This document shows positions 19,245 to 29,474 of a DNA stretch of 64,000 nucleotides, piece after piece. The stretch is from contig SVTJ01000007.1 of assembly GCA_015063845.1 (NCBI GenBank), forward strand, positions 21,968-85,967. Direction: 5' to 3'. Source of the DNA: Oscillospiraceae bacterium (GTDB taxonomy: Bacteria; Bacillota; Clostridia; Oscillospirales; CAG-272). The notes under the pieces were generated by a model. It was given only the letters and a program-made list of their open reading frames with translations, made no database searches and was not told the DNA's origin. Every line of letters starts with the position of its first letter. The stretch's first letter is position 1. The position numbers and the translations under genes were made by a program.

Positions 19245-19769
19245 TCACTCGCACGAGGCAACGAAAATTTTATTCGTGCTTATATTGAGCGCGGCAGATA
19301 CGAGGTCAATTATCTCCTTGCGCACAGCGGGGTCATCTCCGCCCGAGCAAACGATCCCAACACCTGCTATTTCGGGGTTTTCATAAGCGGCGATGAGCGG
19401 TTTCTGCGCAGATCCGCTGCCCGACATTACCACCTCGCTCTTATATCCGCTCGAGTTTGACTGAGCGTCAACGGCGTAGACCGTCTTATATCCGCCCTTA
19501 AGGCTTACCAGAACGCTAACATCTCCCGCTCCCTTTACTCCCTTGCAAAGCTCAGATACACGCATCTCAACTTCGTTTGCATACGCATCGGCATCGGCAT
19601 AAGGGTTGCTCTGCATCTCGGTCTCGGAATCTGCGTTTTTATCGCTTATCCCACCGAAAACTATCAGTGCAACTCCAAATATCCCCGCCAGCGTCACAAG
19701 TAAAATACGTTGCCATTTAACATTGCCTTTAATTACATTTTCTGACACATCTTTTTCTCCGTTTTTCAC
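19245..19769 (-). CDS. spoIIIAG: stage III sporulation protein AG
   Basis: Single TM segment plus a C-terminal ring-building-motif domain, at operon position 7. Confidence 0.75.
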   Translation of the reverse strand: MKNGEKDVSENVIKGNVKWQRILLVTLAGIFGVALIVFGGISDKNADSETEMQSNPYADADAYANEVEMRVSELCKGVKGAGDVSVLVSLKGGYKTVYAVDAQSNSSGYKSEVVMSGSGSAQKPLIAAYENPEIAGVGIVCSGGDDPAVRKEIIDLVSAALNISTNKIFVASCE

Positions 19770-19802
19770 TGTTTTATAACAAATATTCTAATAATATTTT
19801 TA

Positions 19803-20297
19803 TTATTCGTCAAATAATTCGTATACTATATCACATTCGACACCAAGCGTATTTTTAATATGAGAAGATATCAGCGCAGGGTCGGTATCAACTGCACCGT
19901 TGCCGATTATCGCCGTTGCGGACAGCACCTTTGAGCTCTCCTCATCAATGTGAAGCACTATGCGTATAGCTCCGCCGTCAACACCCAACTGCTCGCACAG
20001 TGTATCCGATATAACGCTTTCAGCCGAATCAACTCCCTTGTCGTTCAAATAGCTTTTGTAAATTTCGTCATAATTATCGTCGCTCTCTCCGCTTTCGACG
20101 AAAACCGAATCAAATCCGTCAAAATCAGCAAATGCGCCAAATATCGGCAAAGATATCGCAGAGATAACGCACACGGCACAAAGCATCTCAATATACTTTT
20201 TCGTCGCGTTTTCTGGGCATGCAGTCCTTATCACCGCCGCCACGCAGCACACGCAAAACAAAGTAAGAATATATTCCTTCATAAGCACCTCACGCAA
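19803..20297 (-). CDS. spoIIIAF: stage III sporulation protein AF
   Basis: Two N-terminal TM helices and an acidic C-terminal domain, at operon position 6. Confidence 0.7.
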   Translation of the reverse strand: MREVLMKEYILTLFCVCCVAAVIRTACPENATKKYIEMLCAVCVISAISLPIFGAFADFDGFDSVFVESGESDDNYDEIYKSYLNDKGVDSAESVISDTLCEQLGVDGGAIRIVLHIDEESSKVLSATAIIGNGAVDTDPALISSHIKNTLGVECDIVYELFDE

Positions 20298-21441
20298 CGG
20301 CGACCGTGCACTTTACGAATATGGCAAACGCCACGCAGAACGCGATCGCGCTTATAGACACCGCGCCAAGCATACAGCCGTATATATTTCCAAGCTCATC
20401 AAGAAGCCGCGACGCGCCCCGACAGCCTAACATCTGCGCCATAGATGAGGTTATCAGCAACACAAGTCTCGAAAGCAAAATAGATACAAATACGGGTAAG
20501 GTCACGTACGCGACAAACAGTATCCCACCGATGCCTACCACGCTTTTTACGTATTGCACGCTCCCCGCGACCGTCCTCAAGGTATCTCCCACCGCTCCGC
20601 CGACCACGGGTATCACCGTGGAGCTTATCAGCTTGGCTCCGCGCGCCGTGACTGTGTCCGCCGCGCTGGCGACCGCTGTTTGAGCACCGAGCGCGAACAC
20701 CAAGACTGTCATGATAGACCCAACGATAAAGTTGTATATTTTCTTGACAGCACCGCCAAATCCGCCGAGGATCGTGCTGTCCGAAAGCCCCGAGCATACA
20801 GCCACTATTCCCATAACGCAGCAAACGGGAACGACGCTTGCGGCGCATACACGTTGGAGAACCGTCAAAAGCGCGTAAAGTCCTGCCGTTCCGACACTCG
20901 CGCCCGTAACGTTTCCTCCCATTGCCCAAACGATACCCGTTATTGGTATCATACTCTCCATAAGGCGCGAGAGGTCATCAAAATATTTTACGACGAGCGA
21001 TATGCTCCCGTATTGCGTGGCAACTATCGCGCTCATTATGGCAGCTGTTGAGCAAAACTCAAAGCCTCGCGACAGCTCCGCGCTCGATATCCCCGTACAT
21101 ACGGCATTACACAGCGAGCACAAGAGTACAAGGCCCGAAAGAATGCCGAGAAGCGCAAGAGCCTCGGGCACTCCGCCGCTCACGTACGAAAGCACGTCCG
21201 ACAGCAGCTTGCGCGGCTCAAGAGCTGACAGCAAGGCGTTCCCCGTATGCTCTGCGCTTTGCTTGTCAACGTCCGACAGCACCTGCTTTCCGCTGACTTC
21301 GGATACGTCCTCGGCGACAGATGAAAGACCGCTCAACACCTGCTCGTCCATGTCCGCCTCTCCACAAGAGGCATCCGCGCAAAGCAAGCAAGCAAAAAGC
21401 AACGCAAAGAGCAGTAAAAAAGCGCATTTTCGGGCACTCAT
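20290..21441 (-). CDS. spoIIIAE: stage III sporulation protein AE
   Basis: Signal peptide followed by a polytopic permease-like membrane domain, about 380 aa, at operon position 5. Confidence 0.8.
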   Translation of the reverse strand: MSARKCAFLLLFALLFACLLCADASCGEADMDEQVLSGLSSVAEDVSEVSGKQVLSDVDKQSAEHTGNALLSALEPRKLLSDVLSYVSGGVPEALALLGILSGLVLLCSLCNAVCTGISSAELSRGFEFCSTAAIMSAIVATQYGSISLVVKYFDDLSRLMESMIPITGIVWAMGGNVTGASVGTAGLYALLTVLQRVCAASVVPVCCVMGIVAVCSGLSDSTILGGFGGAVKKIYNFIVGSIMTVLVFALGAQTAVASAADTVTARGAKLISSTVIPVVGGAVGDTLRTVAGSVQYVKSVVGIGGILFVAYVTLPVFVSILLSRLVLLITSSMAQMLGCRGASRLLDELGNIYGCMLGAVSISAIAFCVAFAIFVKCTVAVA

Positions 21442-21836
21442 GAAAACCCCTCCGAAAGTGACACGGCGTGCTCCGCAAGACGGGATATCATCGGAAGCGC
21501 CAAAAGCACGAGTGTCAGCTTGCCCGCGCTCTCAACACCCGAGGCAAGGGTCGCATCTCCGCAATCCCTGCAAACGTCCGAGCATATTCTACAAAGCACG
21601 GTAATGCCGAGAGCCTTTGTCATGACCGACACGTATTCCGCGGCGTGCTCCATTCCGAAAATCATCGAGGTCTGTCGCGCTATATCGCCCGTGAGCGCAA
21701 CGGCGCCGCCGAGTATCATACAAAGTCCTGCAAGCTTGAGCGCTGTGGCAGTGCCACCGAGAGCGCGCCCAAGCACAGCGCCGATGACCGCGCACAGCAC
21801 GGCTATTCCGCAAATCTTTACTATATCCATATCCAC
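21438..21836 (-). CDS. spoIIIAD: stage III sporulation protein AD
   Basis: Small polytopic membrane protein of 132 aa at operon position 4. Confidence 0.75.
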   Translation of the reverse strand: MDMDIVKICGIAVLCAVIGAVLGRALGGTATALKLAGLCMILGGAVALTGDIARQTSMIFGMEHAAEYVSVMTKALGITVLCRICSDVCRDCGDATLASGVESAGKLTLVLLALPMISRLAEHAVSLSEGFS

Positions 21837-22031
21837 CTAAAAGCCGAATATCGTCTGCACGCTCTCAAAAAGCGCGCCTATCTCCTGAACGAGCATCAGC
21901 ATGACGACAAGTATTCCCGCGACTGTCACCAGCATCGCCTGCTCATCTCTGCCCGACTTGTTGAGTATAGCGACCATGACCGACACCAGCACCCCCACAC
22001 CCGCTATCTTCAATATAAGGCTCACATCCAT
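21837..22031 (-). CDS. spoIIIAC: stage III sporulation protein AC
   Basis: 64-aa two-TM protein, MDVSLILKIAGVGVLV. Confidence 0.8.
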   Translation of the reverse strand: MDVSLILKIAGVGVLVSVMVAILNKSGRDEQAMLVTVAGILVVMLMLVQEIGALFESVQTIFGF

Positions 22032-22047
22032 TTATTTTCTCCCCCGT

Positions 22048-22527
22048 TCAGATCAACAGTATGACCACCGCAAGTGCTCCGCAAAGACACATAGCACTGT
22101 TTCTTTTAGTCTTATTAGGCAGCTGCTCATAAAGCCTCTGCCTGCGCTCCTCGAGCATATCCGTATAATAATCGCAGATCGCGAGCTGCTCCTCTCTGTA
22201 TCCGCGGCCTATACTGCGAGCGAACGCGCGCATAGCCTTGCAGCTCTCGGCGTCGCTCACCGCGCAAGCCTCCACAAATGATAGCACGCTTCTCGGCGCG
22301 TCCTGCGCGACGTATCCGCATTTGACATACACCTCCGCAGGACATCTTGCAAGCGCAGACGGCAAAGGCATGGCAAAGCATTCGATATCCGAGCGCAACC
22401 GCCTTATAAGCGCGATAAAGCCCTCGGTCTGCTCAAGAGAGCGCCTCGCCGCCGCGTTGAGCGTATATGAGGCGACTATACCGCTAATCGCAACTATCAA
22501 GACCCCTACTACTTTTAAAGCGCTCAT
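22048..22527 (-). CDS. spoIIIAB: stage III sporulation protein AB
   Basis: About 160 aa with an N-terminal TM segment, at operon position 2. Confidence 0.7.
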   Translation of the reverse strand: MSALKVVGVLIVAISGIVASYTLNAAARRSLEQTEGFIALIRRLRSDIECFAMPLPSALARCPAEVYVKCGYVAQDAPRSVLSFVEACAVSDAESCKAMRAFARSIGRGYREEQLAICDYYTDMLEERRQRLYEQLPNKTKRNSAMCLCGALAVVILLI

Positions 22528-23440
22528 CTGCCTCCTCGTATCTCGTGACGGAGTATACGTAGTCTCGCTCCGCCCCTCTTCTCTTTATGCCGACGTACGC
22601 GCCGAACACAGCCGCACGGTGAAGAGCGGCTATGCCCGTCCTTCTGAGAAGCCCCTCTATGCTCGACGCGTGCGCGGAAGCAAGCAAGGGCACTCCGCAG
22701 TTTTGCGCGGCAATTATCGCCCTGACCTCCGCCTCGTCTCCTATCTCATCACAAACTATGAGCTGTGCGTTCATGCTTCGCGCGGCTATCTCTATTCCCT
22801 CTGCCTTGGGGTAGCCGGACAGCACGTCTGTGCAAAGCTCAGAGCCGCCGAGAAACGCCCCCAGCTCTCCCCGTCCGTCCACGACAGAGACCCGAAAAGC
22901 TCCGTCTCCCGAAGCAAGTGCCGCAGTCACGGCGCGAAGCAGCGTGGTCTTTCCCTCACCGGGCGGAGAGTAGACGAGCACTCCGCCGTCAAGTGAGCTG
23001 TCTCTCAACAGACGGCAAACAGGGCCGCCCACTCCGCTTACGGGATGAGGCAGTCGAATGCAAAGTCCGCTTATGTCGTATACTCCTATGACCCTTCCGT
23101 TCTCCACCGAGGCTCTGCCCACCATTCCCACACGTATGCCTCCGTCAAGCGTGACGTATCCCTTGCGTATGGTATCCGCGTGAGCGTACATAGAGCCGTC
23201 GCACACGTTCTCCACGATGTCGTCTATCTGCCATTGCTCGACGGTGATGCCGAGCGGTATATTCTTTCCGCGAGAGGTAACGTACGCGCGTTTACCGCCG
23301 CGCAGCCTCAGCTCCTCGACCGCAACTCCACGTGCGCTCAAGCTCTCAAGCTCAAGATATATCGACGGCGGCAGCACTCCCAAAAGAGCGGTCAAAGCCC
23401 CACTCGGACGCTTCTGCTTTTCCACTATAACGGTCGCCAT
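22484..23440 (-). CDS. spoIIIAA: stage III sporulation protein AA (secretion-ATPase-like)
   Basis: Walker A PPGEGKTTLLR, about 318 aa from the ATG at 23440 (GGAGG RBS), first gene of the operon. Confidence 0.85.
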   Translation of the reverse strand: MATVIVEKQKRPSGALTALLGVLPPSIYLELESLSARGVAVEELRLRGGKRAYVTSRGKNIPLGITVEQWQIDDIVENVCDGSMYAHADTIRKGYVTLDGGIRVGMVGRASVENGRVIGVYDISGLCIRLPHPVSGVGGPVCRLLRDSSLDGGVLVYSPPGEGKTTLLRAVTAALASGDGAFRVSVVDGRGELGAFLGGSELCTDVLSGYPKAEGIEIAARSMNAQLIVCDEIGDEAEVRAIIAAQNCGVPLLASAHASSIEGLLRRTGIAALHRAAVFGAYVGIKRRGAERDYVYSVTRYEEADERFKSSRGLDSCD

Positions 23441-23483
23441 AAAAACCTCCGTCAAACGTTTTCTTCCTGTCAAAGCATATGAT

Positions 23484-23513
23484 TGTCCAAAGTGCTTTAT
23501 GACAAGCTTTGCT
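23484..23513 (-). promoter_or_regulatory. candidate sigma-E-type promoter of spoIIIA
   Basis: On the minus strand: TCATAAA, 14 nt, then CATATGCT, resembling the sigma-E consensus (kmATATT-14-CATACAmT), about 45 nt upstream of spoIIIAA. Confidence 0.35.
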
Positions 23514-23704
23514 TTCCACAAAATTACAATTTTTAGTTTCAAAAGCGCAAAATAAGGGAAAAATGCCATGTTTTGTCACAAGATATTGTGTTGTTAACAA
23601 CAAGTTCACAATTTTTTAATAATATATTGTATCATAACTTATATAAAATATGGTATAATATCATATCAAAATATGTAAATAATAAATTTCTTACGGAGGT
23701 TTAT

Positions 23705-25534
23705 ATGTTTTTTAAGAATAACTTCCGCCCGGCATTCGCTACGGCAGGCGCTCAGGACAACACCTACCGCACACGCAAGAATGACACGTTGACATACGAA
23801 ACGGGCGCATCGGAAACTGACGACTTTGGTGCTTTCTCGGGCTCTGCTCCCAAGAAGACAGGCGCGAAGAAGTCCGGAAAGGGATCTCCCAAGGGCAACG
23901 GCCTCAATCTCTCTTCCATCATCATCGCTGCAGCAGCAGTCGTAGCAGTGATCCTCATCATAGTTCTTGTTGCAATATTTGCTTCGGGCAACAACAAGGA
24001 CCTTAAGATCGAGAACAACAGCTACGTCACCTTCTCTGATGAAAGCGGAACGTTCTACGTTCTCTCCAACGGCGAGATAGCTAAGCAGTTTGAGGACGAG
24101 GTAAAGCTTATCCTCGCAGCTGACAACTCTTTCGCTTACATCGAGGAGAATACCGACGAGGGATACAAGGTATACGTTATCGAGGGTAAGAAGATAACCC
24201 CCATCATAGAAAACCCCGTCACAAAGATCCTCGCTTATGCAACTCTTGAGCCCGGTGTTGTTTGGCTCGAGATGGAAAACGGTGTCTTCTTCTACAACGA
24301 GAAGAACCCCGCAGGCGAAAAGATCTCCAGAGACCACGAGGACGTTTTCGTAACCGATCCCGAGTCCGATGATGAGTTTGATTATATGTTCAGTATGTCC
24401 GCTGACGCAACCAAGGTTACATACGCTAAGTGGAAGGATGACGGTTCTGCATTCAACCTCTACATCCAGGAAGGCTCGAACGCTGTGTCCGCAGCTAAGA
24501 ACTTCTACCCCGTAGCACTTTCCGACAACGGAGATTTCGTTTACGCTTGGAAGCTTATCGAGGGTGATATAAAGGTATTGCTCGTTCTTTCCACCGATGA
24601 ACCCGGTAAGAGAGAGCAGATTGCTGACAACTTCAACAGTGTCGTTGATACAAATATGGCAGGTAATGAGGTCCTCTACACAGTTAACACGTCCGACGGC
24701 GGTGTTGCTACCTACCTCTACTCCTTCAACGCAAAGAAGCTCGGCGATAACGAATCCGAGCCCGCAAAGATCGGCAACGGCACGTACAGAGCTATATCCT
24801 TTAACAACGACGTTGCACGCTTCAACACATTCGCTGATAACTTCTTCAGCTGTGGCGACGGCATCAACACAACCACCTACTACCTTAACAAGAAGTATGA
24901 GCGTTCTACTCTCGCAAAGCAGAACGGTAAGTTCGATCCTGACGGCAACTACTTCTACTATACTACAAACGAAGACGTATTCATGTGGATAGACCTTGAC
25001 GACGAGCACTTTGTCGCTAACAAGATCTCCGAGGACGTAGCTGAGTTTGAAGTAACGGCTAAGGGCAATGCTTATTTCGTAACCAAGGGCGATAGAAACC
25101 TTATGTTCTTCGACAGAGCAAAGGACGATATCGAAAGAGTACAGTATGAGGTCGAGGCTATCTCGATGCACACCTACTCCAACACCCTTTACTATATTCC
25201 CGAAGAGGGTATCGACGTTTACTGCACTAAGGAAGGCTCCGCAGGCACAGTTGCAAAGTTCGGTAAGGACAAGCTTGCAAACGTTCCCGTATTTGTAAAC
25301 GGCAACCTCAAGACAGCGTTTGCCGCAGTTTGGGATGAGGACAACAACAACTGGAGATTGTTCTACACATCCAACGGCAAATCCTTCTCATTCATCACCA
25401 CTGCTGAATACGTTCAGGACGTTTATCTTCCCGTTAAGGACATTATCGACGAGATAATTGATGAAGTCACCGGCGAAGGCGAAGGTGGCGAAGGTGAAGG
25501 CGGCGAAGGCAACGAAGGCGGCGGAAACGAATAG
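23705..25534 (+). CDS. membrane-anchored (single N-terminal TM) large extracytoplasmic protein with a Gly/Glu-rich C-terminal tail; function unknown
   Basis: ATG at 23705 follows a GGAGG RBS. TM segment IIIAAAAVVAVILIIVLVAIF, then about 480 aa predicted extracellular, ending GEGEGGEGEGGEGNEGGGNE. Confidence 0.6.
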   Translation: MFFKNNFRPAFATAGAQDNTYRTRKNDTLTYETGASETDDFGAFSGSAPKKTGAKKSGKGSPKGNGLNLSSIIIAAAAVVAVILIIVLVAIFASGNNKDLKIENNSYVTFSDESGTFYVLSNGEIAKQFEDEVKLILAADNSFAYIEENTDEGYKVYVIEGKKITPIIENPVTKILAYATLEPGVVWLEMENGVFFYNEKNPAGEKISRDHEDVFVTDPESDDEFDYMFSMSADATKVTYAKWKDDGSAFNLYIQEGSNAVSAAKNFYPVALSDNGDFVYAWKLIEGDIKVLLVLSTDEPGKREQIADNFNSVVDTNMAGNEVLYTVNTSDGGVATYLYSFNAKKLGDNESEPAKIGNGTYRAISFNNDVARFNTFADNFFSCGDGINTTTYYLNKKYERSTLAKQNGKFDPDGNYFYYTTNEDVFMWIDLDDEHFVANKISEDVAEFEVTAKGNAYFVTKGDRNLMFFDRAKDDIERVQYEVEAISMHTYSNTLYYIPEEGIDVYCTKEGSAGTVAKFGKDKLANVPVFVNGNLKTAFAAVWDEDNNNWRLFYTSNGKSFSFITTAEYVQDVYLPVKDIIDEIIDEVTGEGEGGEGEGGEGNEGGGNE

Positions 25535-25587
25535 ACTGTTGATAAACAAAAATAAGAAGCACCTGCAAATGCAGGTGCTTCCTTTTT

Positions 25588-26571
25588 TTATTTGTACTGT
25601 GCCAGAGTTTCCTCGGCAAGCTCGGCAACGCGGTCCGAAACGTAACTCGGCGACACCACTCTCACCTTGTTGCCAAATCCCAATACCCATGAATAAAAGT
25701 TGGGGCTGAGCATTACCTTAGCGGTAAATTCAAATCGCTCCTCTCCCTTAGCTATGACTATCTCTCGTCCGAAGCGGTCTATGACCACACCCGCGAGAGA
25801 ATTGTCGCACGAGAGCCTGACGTGACACGCCTCTCCCGCATACATACCAAATACCTGTTTTGAATACTGCGTAAGATCAAGCGTCTCAAATTCGCGCTTA
25901 CCTTCACGCATCTCAGTGTCAACGTAAAGCTCAAGCATCTTATCTATGCGATAATGCTTTAGTGACTGAGCATCGGCATCGTAGCCGATCATATAATAAT
26001 TCTCATCCTCCCATATCAAAGCCCACGGACTTATCTTGTAAAACGCGCCGTCGCGCCTGAGCACTCTCTTTATCTCGGGAGACCAATCGAAATACCGGAA
26101 GCATATCCGTCTGTTTGCGGACATTGCCTTGTGTATCATATCCACGTTGCAGAATATCTCCTCATTCTCAGCCTTAAGACGACCCGAGACGGTGACGTGG
26201 CGATGCAGCTGCGCCGCATCGTATTTAGAGCTCAGCCCCTCAAGCTTCTTTATAAGAGTGTTGCTCTTCTTCTCCGTTATGAACTTTGAGGACTGCACAG
26301 CGTCAACCAGCAGCTTTAGCTCAGCAAGCTCAAAGCTGTGCCTGCCAACGTAGTACCTCACCTGCTTATCGCGAATGACCTTGATATCGATACCAAAGAC
26401 GCGAAGCATCTCTATATCGTCATAAACGCTTTTGCGCTCCGCCCTTATCTCATATTTTGCGAGCTCATTTATAAGCTCGCTCACAGTGAGCGCATGCGTT
26501 GCGTCCGTATTCTCAAGAAAAATTTTCGAAAGATACAAAAGCTTAAGCTTTTGATTTGAGCTTTTCGGCAT
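25588..26571 (-). CDS. HTH + WYL-domain transcriptional regulator
   Basis: N-terminal winged HTH, central WYL-type domain (YYMIGYDADAQSLKHYRIDKM), and a C-terminal extension. Confidence 0.7.
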   Translation of the reverse strand: MPKSSNQKLKLLYLSKIFLENTDATHALTVSELINELAKYEIRAERKSVYDDIEMLRVFGIDIKVIRDKQVRYYVGRHSFELAELKLLVDAVQSSKFITEKKSNTLIKKLEGLSSKYDAAQLHRHVTVSGRLKAENEEIFCNVDMIHKAMSANRRICFRYFDWSPEIKRVLRRDGAFYKISPWALIWEDENYYMIGYDADAQSLKHYRIDKMLELYVDTEMREGKREFETLDLTQYSKQVFGMYAGEACHVRLSCDNSLAGVVIDRFGREIVIAKGEERFEFTAKVMLSPNFYSWVLGFGNKVRVVSPSYVSDRVAELAEETLAQYK

Positions 26572-26648
26572 AAGAGTATGTCCTCCTCCGATCCGTAATA
26601 TACATATATTATTTTACCACAGACCTTCGGCAAAATCAAGTATGTAGC

Positions 26649-26801
26649 TTACATTGCGATAAGCGAATATATAACCGTTCCCACTGCGAGGAGAATGCCT
26701 CCCGCAACCGTTATCATAGAGTAAACGGAGCAGTTACAATTCTCGGAAACTATTCCCTTTTCCTTAAGCTGATCTCTGTCAAAATTCAATTGTGCGTTCA
26801 T
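26649..26801 (-). CDS. candidate small membrane protein (50 aa) upstream of the WYL regulator
   Basis: MNAQLNFDRDQLKEKGIVSENCNCSVYSMITVAGGILLAVGTVIYSLIAM, with a C-terminal TM helix and an extended -10 promoter (TGATATAAT) upstream. Too short to appear in the ORF track. Confidence 0.35.
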   Translation of the reverse strand: MNAQLNFDRDQLKEKGIVSENCNCSVYSMITVAGGILLAVGTVIYSLIAM

Positions 26802-27090
26802 ATCTGCACCTGCCTTTCCGTTGTTTTGAAGGTTTATTCCTTCCCTTCTGACACCATCATTATATCACACTATATGTCCAATAAACAGTACAATGCCAAA
26901 ATTTATTCAAAATTTTTATTCCTTTTTAGGATTTTTATTTGAATTTTGCATTGATTTCGCTTTGAATTTAGTTCTTAAAACGGAATTTTCTTAAAAATTA
27001 CGCGGTTTGCCATTTTGACATAGAACACCTAAAAAACGCTTGGCGCACCCAATATCTTTTGGGTACGCCAAGCTGTATCATTTTGATTTT

Positions 27091-28224
27091 TTATTTCCAA
27101 GCTGACGGAGTAGTTCGGTTTTTCTTAAACCAATTACTGTCCTTAAGAACGTCCTTCGACGCCGAGCAATGCACGCTCACTTCTCCGTCCACTGACCTCA
27201 CTATGATATCGCCGTTCATAGATTTGAATTCTTCCTTTTCGTAGTCCACGCACAGCGTCGTAACGTAGACCTTATCCGTATAAGGAGCTATGCGATCGAC
27301 GAACGCCTGTGTCGGGAACTGATTCTTATTTGTTGACGTATACTCAGGGCTTCCGCAACAGCAGCATACGCAAACTATCTCGGGCTTTATCACCTCGAGA
27401 AGTACTTCGTTCGACGATGTCTTAGAGCCGTGATGTCCCGCCTTATAAAGCTTGACCTCGGGTAAGTCATTCATTTCAACCAGCTTTTCCTCACCCTTCT
27501 TTTCAAGGTCTCCCGTGAAAAGATAGCTGTTCTTTCCATCCTCAAGAAGCGTGCAAACGGAGTGGTCGTTCTCAGTAGTCGACTTATTATAATAATAGTA
27601 GCTATCCAGCACCGTAAGCGACATTCCGTCTCCAAGGTCGAATACGCCCTTTATAGTCTCGTCCTCAATGCACTCGGCAGCTGTATAGTGCTTTGCGCCC
27701 TTTTCTATCTCCGCGTCACGCTCGCGCACGTAGTTCTTATACATGACCTTCTCTTCTCTGCCCGTCGTTATCTGAGCGAAGTCAATTATCACCTCGCACT
27801 CATAAAGGTCGAAAAGACTGTCAACGTTTTCATATGTGGCAAAGCCCGCATAATGGTCCTCATGCGCGTGAGTGACTATAACGTATTCCAGCTTTTTGTC
27901 GGTCACGTATCTCTCGATATATTCATCGATAGTTTTGATGCTCGACACCTTTGAGCCCGCATCTATAAGAATATCCTTGTCTCCAGCCTTTATGTAAGTG
28001 CAGTCACCCGTATAGCGGTTTCCGAGCTCGAGAAAATGTATCTCGATGTCGCCCTCGACGACCACGTTATTCTTCTCTCCGTCTCCGCCCCCGCTGCTGC
28101 CACGACTCTTTCCCGCACCGTCGGGAAGTAACGCTTCAAAGTACGCGCAAGAGCAAAGAGAAACACACATCACAAGCGCGAGAAATACCAGCGCAACACC
28201 TCTTAAAATATGCTTTTTAGACAT
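27091..28224 (-). CDS. MBL-fold metallo-hydrolase lipoprotein (ComEC C-terminal-domain-like)
   Basis: Lipoprotein signal (SLCSCA) and an HAHEDHYAGF metallo-beta-lactamase motif. Confidence 0.75.
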   Translation of the reverse strand: MSKKHILRGVALVFLALVMCVSLCSCAYFEALLPDGAGKSRGSSGGGDGEKNNVVVEGDIEIHFLELGNRYTGDCTYIKAGDKDILIDAGSKVSSIKTIDEYIERYVTDKKLEYVIVTHAHEDHYAGFATYENVDSLFDLYECEVIIDFAQITTGREEKVMYKNYVRERDAEIEKGAKHYTAAECIEDETIKGVFDLGDGMSLTVLDSYYYYNKSTTENDHSVCTLLEDGKNSYLFTGDLEKKGEEKLVEMNDLPEVKLYKAGHHGSKTSSNEVLLEVIKPEIVCVCCCCGSPEYTSTNKNQFPTQAFVDRIAPYTDKVYVTTLCVDYEKEEFKSMNGDIIVRSVDGEVSVHCSASKDVLKDSNWFKKNRTTPSAWK

Positions 28225-28251
28225 AAACTTCTCCTTTATATTATATATACG

Positions 28252-29184
28252 TTATTTTTCCGCAAACGCCTGTCTGTATTGCCTCGGCGTAACACCCTTG
28301 GCAAGCCTGAAGCGTTCTATAAAATGACTGCTCGTCGCAAAGCCGCAAGCAAGCGCTATCTCCGTTATCGGAGTGTCCGTTTCAAAGAGCATTCTCTCGG
28401 CGGCGTTTATCCTCGTTGCAGTCAGATACGTCTTAAAGCTTTTGCCCATCACCCGCTTGAAGGTACGGGAGAAATGACTGTAACTCATATTTATGACCGA
28501 GGCAGCCTCTGCTTCCGTAACAGTCGCAAAATTTGAATTTATGTACTCTACGGCATTGTGAACGAGCACAACATTCTCGATCCCGCTGTCGCGCTCGACA
28601 TCAAGCACGTTCTCTCCCATTTTGTAATTACGACGTATGGTCCACAAGAATATTCTGAACACCAGGCTCCTCAGCGAGACCTCATAGCCGTATTCCTTGT
28701 TTTTCCATTCGGATATCGCCTCGGAAAAGAAGCCTGCAATTTCGGTATCGGCGAGCTCGTCCTTGCGAAAGAGCTGATATCGGACAAGATTATTCTCAAG
28801 AAACGGAGCAACGTATCTCGCGTCAAAATACGAGCTTTTAGAGAAATATATGACCTCGGGTAGCGCCTTTATGCAAGCGTAGTTGTTTATGGGCAAACGT
28901 GGGAAAAAGCTGTGGGGGGTGTTTGAATTGATTATCATAAAATCGCCCGTGCGAAAATCGACCATCTCTCCCGCTATCCAGACCGAAATATCACATTCGC
29001 CCGAAGCATACAAAAATTCGATATATTCGTGATAGTGCGGCGCAGCAAGCTTTCCGCTTACGTATGCCTTGCTGTGCAGATTGTAGCACTCTATGGGAAA
29101 CTCCAGTCCGTGGTACAGCCCCACTCGCTCGTGAATTGCCTGCTCCATGATCCCTCCGCTCAAAAAAATGATGTTATTCGCCAA
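28252..29184 (-). CDS. AraC-family transcriptional regulator (cupin sensor + AraC HTH)
   Basis: N-terminal cupin domain and a C-terminal double HTH (ALACGFATSSHFIERFRLAKGVTPRQYR). Confidence 0.85.
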   Translation of the reverse strand: MANNIIFLSGGIMEQAIHERVGLYHGLEFPIECYNLHSKAYVSGKLAAPHYHEYIEFLYASGECDISVWIAGEMVDFRTGDFMIINSNTPHSFFPRLPINNYACIKALPEVIYFSKSSYFDARYVAPFLENNLVRYQLFRKDELADTEIAGFFSEAISEWKNKEYGYEVSLRSLVFRIFLWTIRRNYKMGENVLDVERDSGIENVVLVHNAVEYINSNFATVTEAEAASVINMSYSHFSRTFKRVMGKSFKTYLTATRINAAERMLFETDTPITEIALACGFATSSHFIERFRLAKGVTPRQYRQAFAEK

Positions 29185-29474
29185 ATTACTCGCGCATTTG
29201 GCAAAATACGCTCAAAAATACGATATTTCGTACCCAAGAAATTATACCATATTTTTGTCATCAATGCATACCTTATCCGATAAATTTACAATTAATTTAT
29301 ATTCTTCACCGCCGTACTCAAAAAACCGGGGATAGTCTGCGACAAAAAGGCACATCTATTGTGCAATATATACATTTTTTTGATTTTTTATAAAAATAAT
29401 ATAATTACTATTTACAAATAGTTTTTGTTGTGCTATAATATATTTGAGGAAATGATTTCCTCGGATATATGACG

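Noticed and set aside
20306-22000. Multiple 100-250-aa ORFs on the plus strand across the spoIIIA operon (e.g. 20554-21051, 21002-21604, 21468-22064)
   Set aside because: They are antisense or overlapping frames in GC-rich membrane-protein coding sequence. The minus-strand genes form a complete, ordered spoIIIAA-AH set.
23666-25171. 501-aa minus-strand ORF antisense to the 23705-25534 membrane protein gene
   Set aside because: It is a shadow ORF of a well-supported plus-strand gene with a clear RBS, and has an odd Cys/Val-rich composition and no start context.
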